A DNA stretch of 64,000 nt from a virus. Its lineage: Duplodnaviria > Heunggongvirae > Uroviricota > Caudoviricetes. This document shows, one piece after another, positions 18,511-28,299 of this stretch (position 1 is the stretch's first letter; each line of letters begins with the position of its first letter). The stretch is from IMG/VR virus record IMGVR_UViG_3300035208_001992, one strand, 5' to 3'. A program made the position numbers and the translations under genes. The notes beneath the pieces are model-generated. The model was given only the letters and a program-made list of their open reading frames with translations, was not told where the DNA came from and ran no database searches.

Positions 18511-19101
18511 TCAAACCTTTGCTTTCACAATGTTGTGCGCCCAAATATAGAACATGGCTGCGAACAGCTTAAGTCTCCACTCGCTACGGTCATAATGGAC
18601 ATCGCCATGCTTGATTAGGACGCCAGACGCGTCATCGCCGACAGTTACGATACTGTTGATTCGTCCAACAACGAGATCACCATTGACTGCCTTGACTAAG
18701 CACGGCGTCGTCAAGAAATCGATGCTTAGGCCTGCGCAGATGTTCTTCTCTTTGTGCACAAGCATCGATCTATCGAATAGCGAAATGCTTAGACGCGTGA
18801 AGCTTGAACCAGCATTTGCTGTATCAACGTGTGCCACAACATTTGATGACTTAGGTAGTTCAACTGTTGACTCGACGTTGTGCACTGGACTCGAGACACG
18901 CATTTTTATCTCGTCTAGCTCATTTTGGAGTTGTTTGCATACGCCGTTCACTTTGACGCGATCTGGATCAAGCTGTACTCCGTTTGTTTCGGCATTTATC
19001 TCAGCGAACCCGGGGATGATTGTTAGCATCGGTGTTCTGACGACGATCGGCTCGCGATCACGCGGCAGATTTGCAATTTTCCAAGCGTCAGCGTACTTCA
19101 T
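18511..19101 (-). CDS. hypothetical protein
   Basis: GAGGA RBS, 196 aa. Confidence 0.6.
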   Translation of the reverse strand: MKYADAWKIANLPRDREPIVVRTPMLTIIPGFAEINAETNGVQLDPDRVKVNGVCKQLQNELDEIKMRVSSPVHNVESTVELPKSSNVVAHVDTANAGSSFTRLSISLFDRSMLVHKEKNICAGLSIDFLTTPCLVKAVNGDLVVGRINSIVTVGDDASGVLIKHGDVHYDRSEWRLKLFAAMFYIWAHNIVKAKV

Positions 19102-19110
19102 GTTTTGTCC

Positions 19111-19887
19111 TCAGTCTTTGAGTGTTGCGCCAAGCATATGCATTGCTGCAAGCATGTTGGCAGTTTGCTTAGTTCGAGCTGCAGCCTGCATCTCTTTGAG
19201 TTTGTCCATGATCTTTGCTGTCGTTATGACAGACACGTCAAACTGGCCAAAGTCATGCTTTAGCGCAATAGCTTTGTTGGCAATCGTGACAAGCAACAGT
19301 GCTGCTTCTTCAAGCTCTCTGTCGTCAGAATTTGCCAAGACCATCGTCACGTTCTCGAACGCGAAGTCAAGCATTACGCCAAGCGTAGCGTTGGATGCGA
19401 TCTCCAGTAGGCCAGCACTCAATGGTTCATCGCCCGCATCGCCTTGAAGACGCTCGATGACTATGCTGAAGATCTTCTTGATGTTTATTGCAAGACCAGA
19501 AACAGCTTTTTCTTGCTCAGCTACTTTAGCAGCTAACGCATTGTAGCGCTGTTCAACGCTGTCTGCATGACCAAGAATCGACGCAATGCGACGATCTTTG
19601 CAGAACTCGACTCGCATTGCGTCTGCTGATACAGAAGCAGCATGGATACCGCGCTTGGCGCAAGAGTCTGCGTAGCGCTTCACTGCGCTCTCATACTTTT
19701 GCAACTGCTCAGCGTAGCAAGCTCTGATGGCTGCAACGTTCGTGGCCTTGCGCGTTGCGACTAGCGTCTTCGCGTCTTCAATGAGCTCGGTCTTTACTTT
19801 CTCTAAGTCAAATTCACCGCTCTCGAACAACGCAACAATTGTCTTGGTGTTCATTGGATAGGTCTTCTCCTCTTGTGATTGAAGCAT
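19111..19887 (-). CDS. hypothetical alpha-helical protein (start likely 19854)
   Basis: GAGGAG RBS before MNTKT. Confidence 0.65.
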   Translation of the reverse strand: MLQSQEEKTYPMNTKTIVALFESGEFDLEKVKTELIEDAKTLVATRKATNVAAIRACYAEQLQKYESAVKRYADSCAKRGIHAASVSADAMRVEFCKDRRIASILGHADSVEQRYNALAAKVAEQEKAVSGLAINIKKIFSIVIERLQGDAGDEPLSAGLLEIASNATLGVMLDFAFENVTMVLANSDDRELEEAALLLVTIANKAIALKHDFGQFDVSVITTAKIMDKLKEMQAAARTKQTANMLAAMHMLGATLKD

Positions 19888-20053
19888 AGATTATGACGGC
19901 ACTACCTAAAATTCCAGCTATTGCGATTAGCGTCACTACTATAGACGGCTTTGCTCTGGTCTCGTAGTTTTCCCAAAGCATCTTAGTCGACGCTGCAATA
20001 ACGCAAATGCCAACAAGCGCATGGAATCCAGCGTCTAGTTGCGGATTCAGCAT
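19814..20053 (-). CDS. small two-TM membrane protein
   Basis: Two hydrophobic segments. Confidence 0.5.
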   Translation of the reverse strand: MLNPQLDAGFHALVGICVIAASTKMLWENYETRAKPSIVVTLIAIAGILGSAVIIYASITRGEDLSNEHQDNCCVVRER

Positions 20054-20388
20054 CAGTACATTCCGGCTAACGCTTGCTCAAGCGTCAAATGTTGATCGCT
20101 TGCGAATTTACGGCGTTCAGCAAGTGGCTTATAGCGTTCAGGTTTGCCGAGCTCGACAGCTACGGCTTTCACGAATGCTTCGTACTCAGCTTCGGTTGGA
20201 GCTCCATACACCTCACCTTGCGGGAATACTTCATATGGCTCAAGCCAGAAGCAAGCATCGCAACGCTCTCCAAGATCATTGGAGTCATCGCAAGCAGTAC
20301 GCAATAGCTCCGAAATGCGATCACGCAGCTTGTCAACCGGCATCTCAATCTTCACAGCGAGTTGTCTGAGCTGTTCTTCATTGATCAT
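20053..20388 (-). CDS. hypothetical protein
   Basis: Coupled ORF. Confidence 0.6.
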   Translation of the reverse strand: MINEEQLRQLAVKIEMPVDKLRDRISELLRTACDDSNDLGERCDACFWLEPYEVFPQGEVYGAPTEAEYEAFVKAVAVELGKPERYKPLAERRKFASDQHLTLEQALAGMY

Positions 20389-20744
20389 GCGTGTTCATCC
20401 CCACTGTTGTAAATGATCTTGTTGAGCGGCACAGCGTCTGTGAACACTGGCATGCCTCCAGCGCGCAGTGCATCGAAGTCCATGTAGTTGATTTCCCATG
20501 CATTCACCAGCACAAGTTGCTGGACAGGAATGCCATCAACCTTGAAGGCATAGTCCCAGCTACCACGCAACTTGATCATCAGATCGCCGATGGACGCGGC
20601 CTTAGCCAGCATGTTAGAGTTGAGCGGCTGAGTGCTGAAATCACCTGTGTCAAGCTCGGCGCCGTCACCATTGGATGACCCATCAGTCTTATCGAATATG
20701 ATGATGCCGCCCTTCACCGAGATCAAGTAGTTCTTCTCATGCAT
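20385..20744 (-). CDS. hypothetical protein
   Basis: Coupled ORF, GAGGA RBS. Confidence 0.6.
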   Translation of the reverse strand: MHEKNYLISVKGGIIIFDKTDGSSNGDGAELDTGDFSTQPLNSNMLAKAASIGDLMIKLRGSWDYAFKVDGIPVQQLVLVNAWEINYMDFDALRAGGMPVFTDAVPLNKIIYNSGDEHA

Positions 20745-21294
20745 TGCGGTAGTATCCTCTGTTGATGATTTTGTTGATCCAAAGCGGTATTGTCCAACGC
20801 AGATAGAACCTCGTACCGATCTTTGGTCGGTAGTAGATCACGCGCCAACTTGTATGCGACTTACTTATTGGCCATGACACACCAAAACCTGTCTTAAATC
20901 CAAGAGTCGTAGGCTTGTGCTTGTCATCGCAATACGAGCATGCGCATAGCTCGTGATGTTGCTCGAACAGGACGCCAAACGGCAAAGCGCGCTCGCGCAT
21001 TGGCGAGCAACAGAAGCGTCTCCATGATTCCAAGAAGCCTTCGATGTTCGCCTTGCCGACAGGGTTAGCCGAATGCACGTGGTATTCTGGAACAGGTCCA
21101 TGCGGATGTCTCTGTTGCAACGCTTTCACGAACTTGAGTCCAGTATCGTCACCGCCAAGATCATGATCGAGACTCATGCACGCTGGCAAGCCATTGATGC
21201 GCACATAATCAAGCGCTTCAACGCTCGAACGTACAAGCACGAAATGTCTATTTGGAACATCTCGCATATCGTCAAGATACAGGTTATAGCTCAT
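20737..21294 (-). CDS. cyclic-phosphate-processing receiver-domain protein with C-terminal extension (start refined to MSYNLYLDD)
   Basis: LYLDD.R..P, SLDHDLGGDDTG, VHSANPVG motifs. Confidence 0.8.
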   Translation of the reverse strand: MSYNLYLDDMRDVPNRHFVLVRSSVEALDYVRINGLPACMSLDHDLGGDDTGLKFVKALQQRHPHGPVPEYHVHSANPVGKANIEGFLESWRRFCCSPMRERALPFGVLFEQHHELCACSYCDDKHKPTTLGFKTGFGVSWPISKSHTSWRVIYYRPKIGTRFYLRWTIPLWINKIINRGYYRNA

Positions 21295-21967
21295 TTGTAA
21301 TTCCCTTGATTGCGGCTGCGACATCGTCAAATTTGAACCATCCATTTTCGACAACGTCAGCACACGTGAATTTAGTTCCGTCTTTGAAGTCAAGCAGCGC
21401 GGTTTCGTCATTCCAAACGGTCGTACCGAGCTTGTTGATGATATCATGGTAGTCCAATGAGAGCATACCAAATGTGAATTGAAACGCGTCCAAGAACATC
21501 GAACTGAACATCTGATCGCGCCAGTTAGCGTCCACGCGATCAACGATTGAGTTGAGATCTATTCTGTGCTTGAACATGACCAATTGATCATGCAAGGTTA
21601 TAGATCCAGGTTTTGCAATATACAGCTGATTAGGCTTAGTTTGGTCAGCGACAATGAACGGCATCGTTCGTGAGAAGTCACTTGTTGAATTTGCTCGGTC
21701 ACTAACGCGACCAGCGTACCTCATATTCAAGATCGGGTATGCAATGCTATTTATGAGTCTTGGTCTGCGATCATCCCACATACGGTCAAGATCGCTCATA
21801 GCTTCACTCACGTTGACCATAGTAGTCATAAATGTGCTGCGATCTGTCTCGATCTTGACGTCGAGTCCTTTCAGCTTGCATAGATTCATGCCAGGCGTGA
21901 TCGCTTGCTTCATCAGTGACTCAACAAAGTCTCTGCCAGTGATCTTCTCGAACGCACGACCTCTCAT
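21284..21967 (-). CDS. MxRHxxE-array member 1 (divergent leader MRGRAFE)
   Basis: Glu7, KLKGLDVKI beta motif, DVVENGWFKF C-terminal motif; GGAGG RBS. Confidence 0.7.
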   Translation of the reverse strand: MRGRAFEKITGRDFVESLMKQAITPGMNLCKLKGLDVKIETDRSTFMTTMVNVSEAMSDLDRMWDDRRPRLINSIAYPILNMRYAGRVSDRANSTSDFSRTMPFIVADQTKPNQLYIAKPGSITLHDQLVMFKHRIDLNSIVDRVDANWRDQMFSSMFLDAFQFTFGMLSLDYHDIINKLGTTVWNDETALLDFKDGTKFTCADVVENGWFKFDDVAAAIKGITNEL

Positions 21968-22009
21968 TGAGATACCTCCATCTATAAGATCCTTGCAAAG
22001 TTGCGACGT

Positions 22010-22963
22010 TTACAACTTGTTAACGTCTGTAGACATCGCTGTCATAATCACGTCTCGCGTAGACTCGTCAGCATCTGTGAACATATTATGTAACTGCCTA
22101 TTGTTGCTCATTTCTTGAGCAAGATCCATGAAGCGCTGATCTTCCATTGCAAGTAAGTTGCCTAATGCAACGTCAAAGTGACCATGGTTAGCTTGTATTC
22201 CAACATTGTATGCGATTGAGCCAAGGTCCATTACGTACTCATGATTCATCACAATTGGAGATTCAGATTGAACGTCACTAAGGTTGACAATTTCGTTTTT
22301 GACTTGGCTAACGTTTCGCTTTATCCGCGCTATGTAGATGCACTCAACTAAAGCCGTCAAATCAATATGCCCATTAGTGATCAAACGCAATAGGCCGAAC
22401 TTTTCTCCGCTAGTACGAATCAGCGCAGCTGGCTCACCGATGTAGTCGATCACAGCATCGTCAATCACATGGTCGACTCGCGCATCAAGTACGAGCTTGA
22501 CCATGTGAATTATTGCACGCAACTTAGCAGACACAGGTAAAGCTTCGATGAACTCTTCAGGACTTAAGTTCAGACTCACGGGTTCAATCAAGGTCCGTTG
22601 AGATGACCAGCTTGTCATTGCACCGTGACGTGATCCTGACGCGCTCCATTCGTCCTTCACATATGTGTCGTAGCCGACAGTCAACTTGCCGTCGATCAAA
22701 GACACGATCCCAATTGGAATGCGTACGCGATCAGAGATGCCGAACCAGGTCTCAAGATACATGAAGCTAACATATGCATGATCGTGCTCACCAATTTGCT
22801 CACGATCGAACACTTGGCGAAGCTCATAAATTCTGTCAGACTTCTGCGGTGGAACTATGTCACACTTAAGTCCAAGCAATTCAATTGGCTGGCGCTCTGA
22901 GCAATACGAAATCGCCCTATTGAGTTCCCAACCTGTTGTTCGTTCAGGCATGTGTCTAGCCAT
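22010..22963 (-). CDS. MxRHxxE-array member 2 (MARHMPE)
   Basis: Leader; IELLGLKC; EFIEALP. Confidence 0.85.
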   Translation of the reverse strand: MARHMPERTTGWELNRAISYCSERQPIELLGLKCDIVPPQKSDRIYELRQVFDREQIGEHDHAYVSFMYLETWFGISDRVRIPIGIVSLIDGKLTVGYDTYVKDEWSASGSRHGAMTSWSSQRTLIEPVSLNLSPEEFIEALPVSAKLRAIIHMVKLVLDARVDHVIDDAVIDYIGEPAALIRTSGEKFGLLRLITNGHIDLTALVECIYIARIKRNVSQVKNEIVNLSDVQSESPIVMNHEYVMDLGSIAYNVGIQANHGHFDVALGNLLAMEDQRFMDLAQEMSNNRQLHNMFTDADESTRDVIMTAMSTDVNKL

Positions 22964-23831
22964 CGAATTGCCTTCCGTTTGCTTGTATGATCAATTGCTT
23001 GTACAACTCGATCTCGTGCCTCAGCATCATTTCAGTGTCTCTGAATTTTAGTTGCTGCCAGTTACGCATAAAATCAGTGATAGATATGTTGATGCTCGGT
23101 GCAATCTGTTTGCTTTGTTGAATGACGCCGCTACTAACAACGTCACGCTTGTACGCGGTCAACACGAAACACTCACTACGGACGCATGCGTCGATCCATG
23201 TCTCATAGCGTTTTGACGGTGAAGTCCAACTTGCACCTTCTACTGTCTCACAGTGCATGATGTGCTTCATAGTCGCTAGGCACGCGTCATAATATGTCGC
23301 AAGACCATCCCGGTCATAATCGATGTTGAGCACTTTGTTCATGCATTGCAGCATCAAATAACCAAACCCGCGAAAGATCTGGTCGCGCTTGAGTTCAGCT
23401 GTCTCTTCCAAATTTCGTCTAATCAGCTCGATCGATTCTGGCATGTCATCATCGCCACGCATAAGATTGCTTGCCAAGCAACCGCGAGTCTGGCACCAAT
23501 AGGCCATGCTATGTATGTGCATAGAATGCGGACCATCGCCAACCAAATTACGCGTAAGCTTTCCTTGTCGCTCACTAAATTTGATATTCGCCGACGCGTA
23601 AGCTTGGACGTAGCATGGCAATATCATGTATGCTATGCTACTAACTGGCGGAATGATTCCATCGTTGCCTGCTTTAGCATAAAACCATTCAGCTAAGCTC
23701 TTCTCTATGTCTGGCTCAACATACAACGGGATCTGTATTCCACGGAAGTTCACGGTCTCGATTTCGCGAAGCTTGTTGAGTTGCGAACGCGTTTTAGCGA
23801 ACTCATCGACTTCATGCATATGTCTAGGCAT
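22956..23831 (-). CDS. MxRHxxE-array member 3 (MPRHMHE)
   Basis: Leader; VNFRGIQI. Confidence 0.85.
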   Translation of the reverse strand: MPRHMHEVDEFAKTRSQLNKLREIETVNFRGIQIPLYVEPDIEKSLAEWFYAKAGNDGIIPPVSSIAYMILPCYVQAYASANIKFSERQGKLTRNLVGDGPHSMHIHSMAYWCQTRGCLASNLMRGDDDMPESIELIRRNLEETAELKRDQIFRGFGYLMLQCMNKVLNIDYDRDGLATYYDACLATMKHIMHCETVEGASWTSPSKRYETWIDACVRSECFVLTAYKRDVVSSGVIQQSKQIAPSINISITDFMRNWQQLKFRDTEMMLRHEIELYKQLIIQANGRQFDG

Positions 23832-24489
23832 ATTTCAAAATCTCCGTTGTCATTGCTTTAGCGTCGAACTCGCCATTCGACACAAATTGTTCAAGCATGA
23901 ACGAGTTTGGACGCCGATGTTTGACTACATACGCAGTGTCACGATCGAAGTACACGCAACTACCGTTTTTGACAAAAACTGTATTATAGCCAACTCTGAC
24001 TTCATACTTGGTTGGGCGAGCTAAGTCGCAAAATAGTCCTAAAAGATGCGTAGCCATAACATAATCGATTGCCTTGAACTTAGCGTGATCTGGCTGCAAG
24101 GCAATCAGATCAGCAAGCGAACCGATCTTTGTAGTAGGATCGATTTGGTCCAATCTGCAATCGTCACGATTGTGCTCTTCCCAGTACACGCTCGGCATGC
24201 GATAATCTTCAACCATTGCAGTGAAGCCAAGAATTGGAGTGCTAACATAAGTACGCGTTTTAGAAGCAAGATGTACTGCATAGTCATTAAAGCACGTTCG
24301 CCAATCATCACGGATCAATATCATGCCGTCTTTGCGCGGCGCATTGAAGAACGCATCAAGCGTAGTCAGGTCACCTACGCTGTACTCAAGCTTGATCCCA
24401 TGCAGATCAATCTCGACTTTGTCTTCACGGCGATACAGCAATTTTCGGAACAGCTCATCGCTTTGGTTTTCAGCCATGCGCCGCGTCAT
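23824..24489 (-). CDS. MxRHxxE-array member 4 (MTRRMAE)
   Basis: Leader variant; IDLHGIKL; FVSNGEFD. Confidence 0.8.
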   Translation of the reverse strand: MTRRMAENQSDELFRKLLYRREDKVEIDLHGIKLEYSVGDLTTLDAFFNAPRKDGMILIRDDWRTCFNDYAVHLASKTRTYVSTPILGFTAMVEDYRMPSVYWEEHNRDDCRLDQIDPTTKIGSLADLIALQPDHAKFKAIDYVMATHLLGLFCDLARPTKYEVRVGYNTVFVKNGSCVYFDRDTAYVVKHRRPNSFMLEQFVSNGEFDAKAMTTEILKYA

Positions 24490-25181
24490 TCTTTGATCCC
24501 AAGAATATGTTCAATGATCGTATCTATGACTTTCAGCTGCGCAATCGAAAACCAGATTGTGCGATCACTATTGACTTTCCACGGCTGGTTGTCATTTGTG
24601 TGATCAACGCATAGGCTTGTTAGCCAAATCCCTGTTGGTACTTCACCTGCAATCAACTGACCATCATCATTGATGTTGTCTACGTTTGACAGCCATGGCA
24701 GCATCTGTCCATTGCATTGAATTGCAGCGCTGATCACGTTTCTCACAAGGTGGATTGCGACGCGCTTCTTGAGGTATTGTGGCATCTGATCAATTACTTC
24801 TTGCGCGCTAGCTGCCATGTCAATATCGAATGCAGCTTCATGAGGATGCGCACTAGACGCAGCATCTTGTTGCGATGAAGATATGTCATAGAAAACGCGC
24901 TCGTCATCACCTCCAAACACGAAGGCAAGGTGATCATAGTTCTCACGCGTATTGGCTGAGTTGAAACCAACGGGACGCCAAGATTCAACAACTGCAAATC
25001 TCAATGCAACACGAGCCACGTCCTTGTATCCGTGATTCTTCCAGCCAGTACTGTGATATCCGTCTATTTCGATGCTGCATGGCAGTCCATAAAAGCTCAA
25101 TGGATCGTTTTTCTTGCGCATCATCTGCCTGATCCATTCATCTGATTTCATCTTGATAGGCTCTAACATCGCGCGTGTCAT
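24486..25181 (-). CDS. MxRHxxE-array member 5 (MTRAMLE)
   Basis: Leader variant; LSFYGLPC; QEVIDQMP. Confidence 0.8.
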   Translation of the reverse strand: MTRAMLEPIKMKSDEWIRQMMRKKNDPLSFYGLPCSIEIDGYHSTGWKNHGYKDVARVALRFAVVESWRPVGFNSANTRENYDHLAFVFGGDDERVFYDISSSQQDAASSAHPHEAAFDIDMAASAQEVIDQMPQYLKKRVAIHLVRNVISAAIQCNGQMLPWLSNVDNINDDGQLIAGEVPTGIWLTSLCVDHTNDNQPWKVNSDRTIWFSIAQLKVIDTIIEHILGIKE

Positions 25182-25912
25182 GCTGTGTCTCCGCTCATAT
25201 AGTCGATTTCAACGATTCCAGCTTTTTCGAGTTGTTCCATCACGCCTTGTATCTTGCTTTCGATCAATCCTGGATTCTGCGGCTCACATCTTATGCCAGC
25301 AATAGCGAGTCGTTCAATGACATAGTCAAGTTGCAATGTGTGATCACTGAACAACTTAGCTAGTTCAAATGTTATTTGAGGCTTTGATCTTTTGGCATAG
25401 AACACGCCTTCTTTACGTGTGCTAAGCTCAAGTTCTTTGATCACATCTCTGACGCCTGGCAGGCCACGCATAGACGGCGCTGCTTGCCAAATAATTTGCT
25501 TAAGCAGTAAGCCAAGTGCGCTAGGTGGCAAGTCATCTATGATCTTTTGCGTTGTCCACGTTGTGTCAACAGGCTCTGTAAGCCGATAATCTTTGCGCGG
25601 ATACCGCATAAGAAGAGCATCACGCTTCGACTCATAAATCATGAACGGTGTCTTGTAGCGTACGCTGAACTCACTGTTGTAGCACTCTAAGGTCGCGTAG
25701 TATTCAATCTTGAGCCACGCCACTGCATATCTCAGAAAGTGACCATCATTTTCTTCTTCATCGACGTCACCGCGCATCGAAGCCATAGCTAACTCTGATG
25801 ACTCAAGTGTAGCGTCGAGCCCGAATAGCTTCAATGGCCCATGCTGCTCCAACTTCAATATGTATTCATATGCAGTTGGCGGTGCAACAGTTTCACACGC
25901 GTGCCTAGCCAC
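25178..25912 (-). CDS. MxRHxxE-array member 6 (MARHACE, GTG start)
   Basis: Leader; LKLFGLDA; QKIIDDLP. Confidence 0.85.
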   Translation of the reverse strand: MARHACETVAPPTAYEYILKLEQHGPLKLFGLDATLESSELAMASMRGDVDEEENDGHFLRYAVAWLKIEYYATLECYNSEFSVRYKTPFMIYESKRDALLMRYPRKDYRLTEPVDTTWTTQKIIDDLPPSALGLLLKQIIWQAAPSMRGLPGVRDVIKELELSTRKEGVFYAKRSKPQITFELAKLFSDHTLQLDYVIERLAIAGIRCEPQNPGLIESKIQGVMEQLEKAGIVEIDYMSGDTA

Positions 25913-26075
25913 TGACTTGTGCCTGATGAGCAGCAGCCATGACTCGGATCTCGAAGAGGCTATAATCGATTTGCAAGATGTCTAGAGATCTTCTTGCTCC
26001 ATGGTGGAAGATTGACCGAAGCGGCTGTGGTAGGTCAACTGACCGATCTGGAACTTCACAGGCGTGTCTTGACAT
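25905..26075 (-). CDS. MxRHxxE-array member 7, mini-gene (56 aa, MSRHACEVPDRSVDLPQ...QVSG)
   Basis: Not in ORF track; read manually; AAGGGAG RBS; stop overlaps next start by 8 nt like other members. Confidence 0.7.
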   Translation of the reverse strand: MSRHACEVPDRSVDLPQPLRSIFHHGARRSLDILQIDYSLFEIRVMAAAHQAQVSG

Positions 26076-26773
26076 GGTACGTGCTCCCTTCTCAATTTGT
26101 AGATGTATTTGCGAAATTGACGAAAGCTTAGTCGCCCATGAGCTAACAGCGCTTCAACTGGTATCTCATGCAGTTTCTTCGTGTAACCGTCACGCCAAAG
26201 TATTGTGCTACGTCCGTCACAGGTCTTCGTGCCAAGCATTCCGCGTGTCATACACCTGTTTTCAGAACGCAGCCAGATAAGGACGTTGGCGGCCACTGCT
26301 GGAATGATGAGATCAGCATGGTGCTCAATCACGTCTTGCCACGAATTGAACTGGCTTGCGTCAAAATCAAATTCTTCAGCTTTGTCAGTTTCAGTTATCG
26401 TGTTGCCAACGATTGAGTACTTGCGTATTGTGATCTTTGGCTTATACGTGTCTGAGCATACGTCAACCAGTGACATCGATCGATAGCTTTTTCCGAACTG
26501 CTCCAATTCGAGCCTTATGCTCATGACACCAGTTCGTCTAACATCTTTGCGACGTTCAGCTGTTTCTACTAGCTCGTTGATGCGCTCTTCGACTGACTCA
26601 TTCACGCGTGCATCATGGCTCATGTCATTGGCTTCAACGTCATCGTATGTAGGAACCACGCCACATGACTTGACAGAGAAGTCAAGACCGAGTATTCGCA
26701 CAATGCCACTTCGCAATTTGTAAGCCTTGCGCAGTTGAGCGTGAGGATCTATCTCACGCATGTGCCTAGCCAT
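25982..26773 (-). CDS. MxRHxxE-array member 8 (MARHMRE)
   Basis: Leader; VRILGLDF. Confidence 0.85.
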   Translation of the reverse strand: MARHMREIDPHAQLRKAYKLRSGIVRILGLDFSVKSCGVVPTYDDVEANDMSHDARVNESVEERINELVETAERRKDVRRTGVMSIRLELEQFGKSYRSMSLVDVCSDTYKPKITIRKYSIVGNTITETDKAEEFDFDASQFNSWQDVIEHHADLIIPAVAANVLIWLRSENRCMTRGMLGTKTCDGRSTILWRDGYTKKLHEIPVEALLAHGRLSFRQFRKYIYKLRREHVPCQDTPVKFQIGQLTYHSRFGQSSTMEQEDL

Positions 26774-27587
26774 TTCGGAAGCAGTATGTTGTTGCGAGTC
26801 TTCGGTTGCGTCTGAAATCGCTACCGCAGATCTCAGTCAATTTTGCTGATACAGCATTAGCAACGTCAAAATCGATTTTGCCATCGTTCACTGGTATCGC
26901 GAGTCTTTCTGCGCACCTTTTGAAATCTCTTCCACGCATGACAAATTCTGCGTTGTTGTCATCTTGGCTTTTTGCATAGCAAGTGCTCTCCAACGTTTCG
27001 GCGTCGCGCGCGTCATAGAGGCATCGATATAACACAGAGCTAAGTATGATCTCGCCATTGCCGGACGTATCAACATCGTTGATCAAGTCAAGACATAAAT
27101 CAGCGTCTTTCATCGTATACACGTGTTTCAAACCGCGTGATGTTAGCAGTTGTGAAACCATAGTGTTTGTCATGCCGCGCTCGTCCAGCGTTAAGTACTT
27201 CAACAGCGTTTCAGGCGTGTTACCAAATTTCATTTGATCAGCTAGAAACGGATGCGCTGCATGCAATTTGTAGTTGTAAGCGTCAGAATTTGGACAACAA
27301 TAAGTTGTTTGACCGCCTACTGACCAATCTCTTGGCAATGCAGAAATTAGACCTGCAACGTCATGTATTGGACCAAGCAATCTCCAGTTGATGAGTCGCC
27401 GTGCTTCACCACGAGTAGTCAAGCCAACTACTAAAGCTTCAATACTTTCCTCATCAACGTCATAGACGCTGAACAATTCAATGTCGATACCGCAGAAACG
27501 CATGATAGGACGATCTTTGACAGCACGCACAACATCAGTTGCTGTTGTGCAATCTGGATCGTATTGCTCAGCCATTCGTCTAGCCAT
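26766..27587 (-). CDS. MxRHxxE-array member 9 (MARRMAE)
   Basis: Leader; MRFCGIDI; VNDGKIDF. Confidence 0.85.
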   Translation of the reverse strand: MARRMAEQYDPDCTTATDVVRAVKDRPIMRFCGIDIELFSVYDVDEESIEALVVGLTTRGEARRLINWRLLGPIHDVAGLISALPRDWSVGGQTTYCCPNSDAYNYKLHAAHPFLADQMKFGNTPETLLKYLTLDERGMTNTMVSQLLTSRGLKHVYTMKDADLCLDLINDVDTSGNGEIILSSVLYRCLYDARDAETLESTCYAKSQDDNNAEFVMRGRDFKRCAERLAIPVNDGKIDFDVANAVSAKLTEICGSDFRRNRRLATTYCFRNG

Positions 27588-28299
27588 GTGTTAGCTCCAC
27601 TGCTTTTTCGAATACCAGATCTGTATTGAACTTACCATGTCCGTCTGTGATGTCATCTATGCTGTACTTCAGCTTCATACGAGTGTTTTCAACGCGTATG
27701 ACTTCGTCAAGAGACTCACCAGGCAGAATTGACGTCATAGTGTTGAAGCAGAACGGGCCATCTCCACCGCTTAGCCAAGGTTTTGCTAGTTCACAATCGT
27801 TTGAAAGGCGCACGCGCAGCTCCTTTATGAAGTCTGCACCAAGTATGTACGTGGCTGAACGCTCGGGCAAGCCTGCAACCAACGCCGCTAAGCTTGAAAC
27901 GCATTTGACGACTGAGTGTTCGCTCGGATCTATTGCTTGGCAGAAGAAAGCGCCTTCTTGGATGCGCTTTGGCGCCGATACGTAATAGAAACGTCGGTCA
28001 CATGCTGAAGTGAAGATGAATTGCTTGAATGGTCGTGCTGGCTCGCCTTTCATTGTTAGTGTCAAGAGAGGCTTCCACGCGTCACTGCCACGCGGAAACA
28101 GCATACTAGCTGCTGTGTCTTCAACAGCGAAATTTGAGAGCGCATATTGAAGCATTGTCAAGTGACTTGACGAGTTGACATTGTAGTCGACACCATGGAG
28201 TTTGATTTCTTTGCTTGCGATTAGCATGTCAATGATCAACGCTGCGTACTCAATAGGATCGCTGGGTACAGTGTTGCGTTCACATGCATGCCTAGCCAT
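27580..28299 (-). CDS. MxRHxxE-array member 10 (MARHACE; start refined)
   Basis: Leader; IKLHGVDY; ALVAGLP; DITDGHGKF. Confidence 0.85.
   Translation of the reverse strand: MARHACERNTVPSDPIEYAALIIDMLIASKEIKLHGVDYNVNSSSHLTMLQYALSNFAVEDTAASMLFPRGSDAWKPLLTLTMKGEPARPFKQFIFTSACDRRFYYVSAPKRIQEGAFFCQAIDPSEHSVVKCVSSLAALVAGLPERSATYILGADFIKELRVRLSNDCELAKPWLSGGDGPFCFNTMTSILPGESLDEVIRVENTRMKLKYSIDDITDGHGKFNTDLVFEKAVELTHG

Noticed and set aside
18611-19447. 278-aa + strand ORF
   Set aside because: Ser/Thr-rich antisense shadow of two well-formed - strand genes
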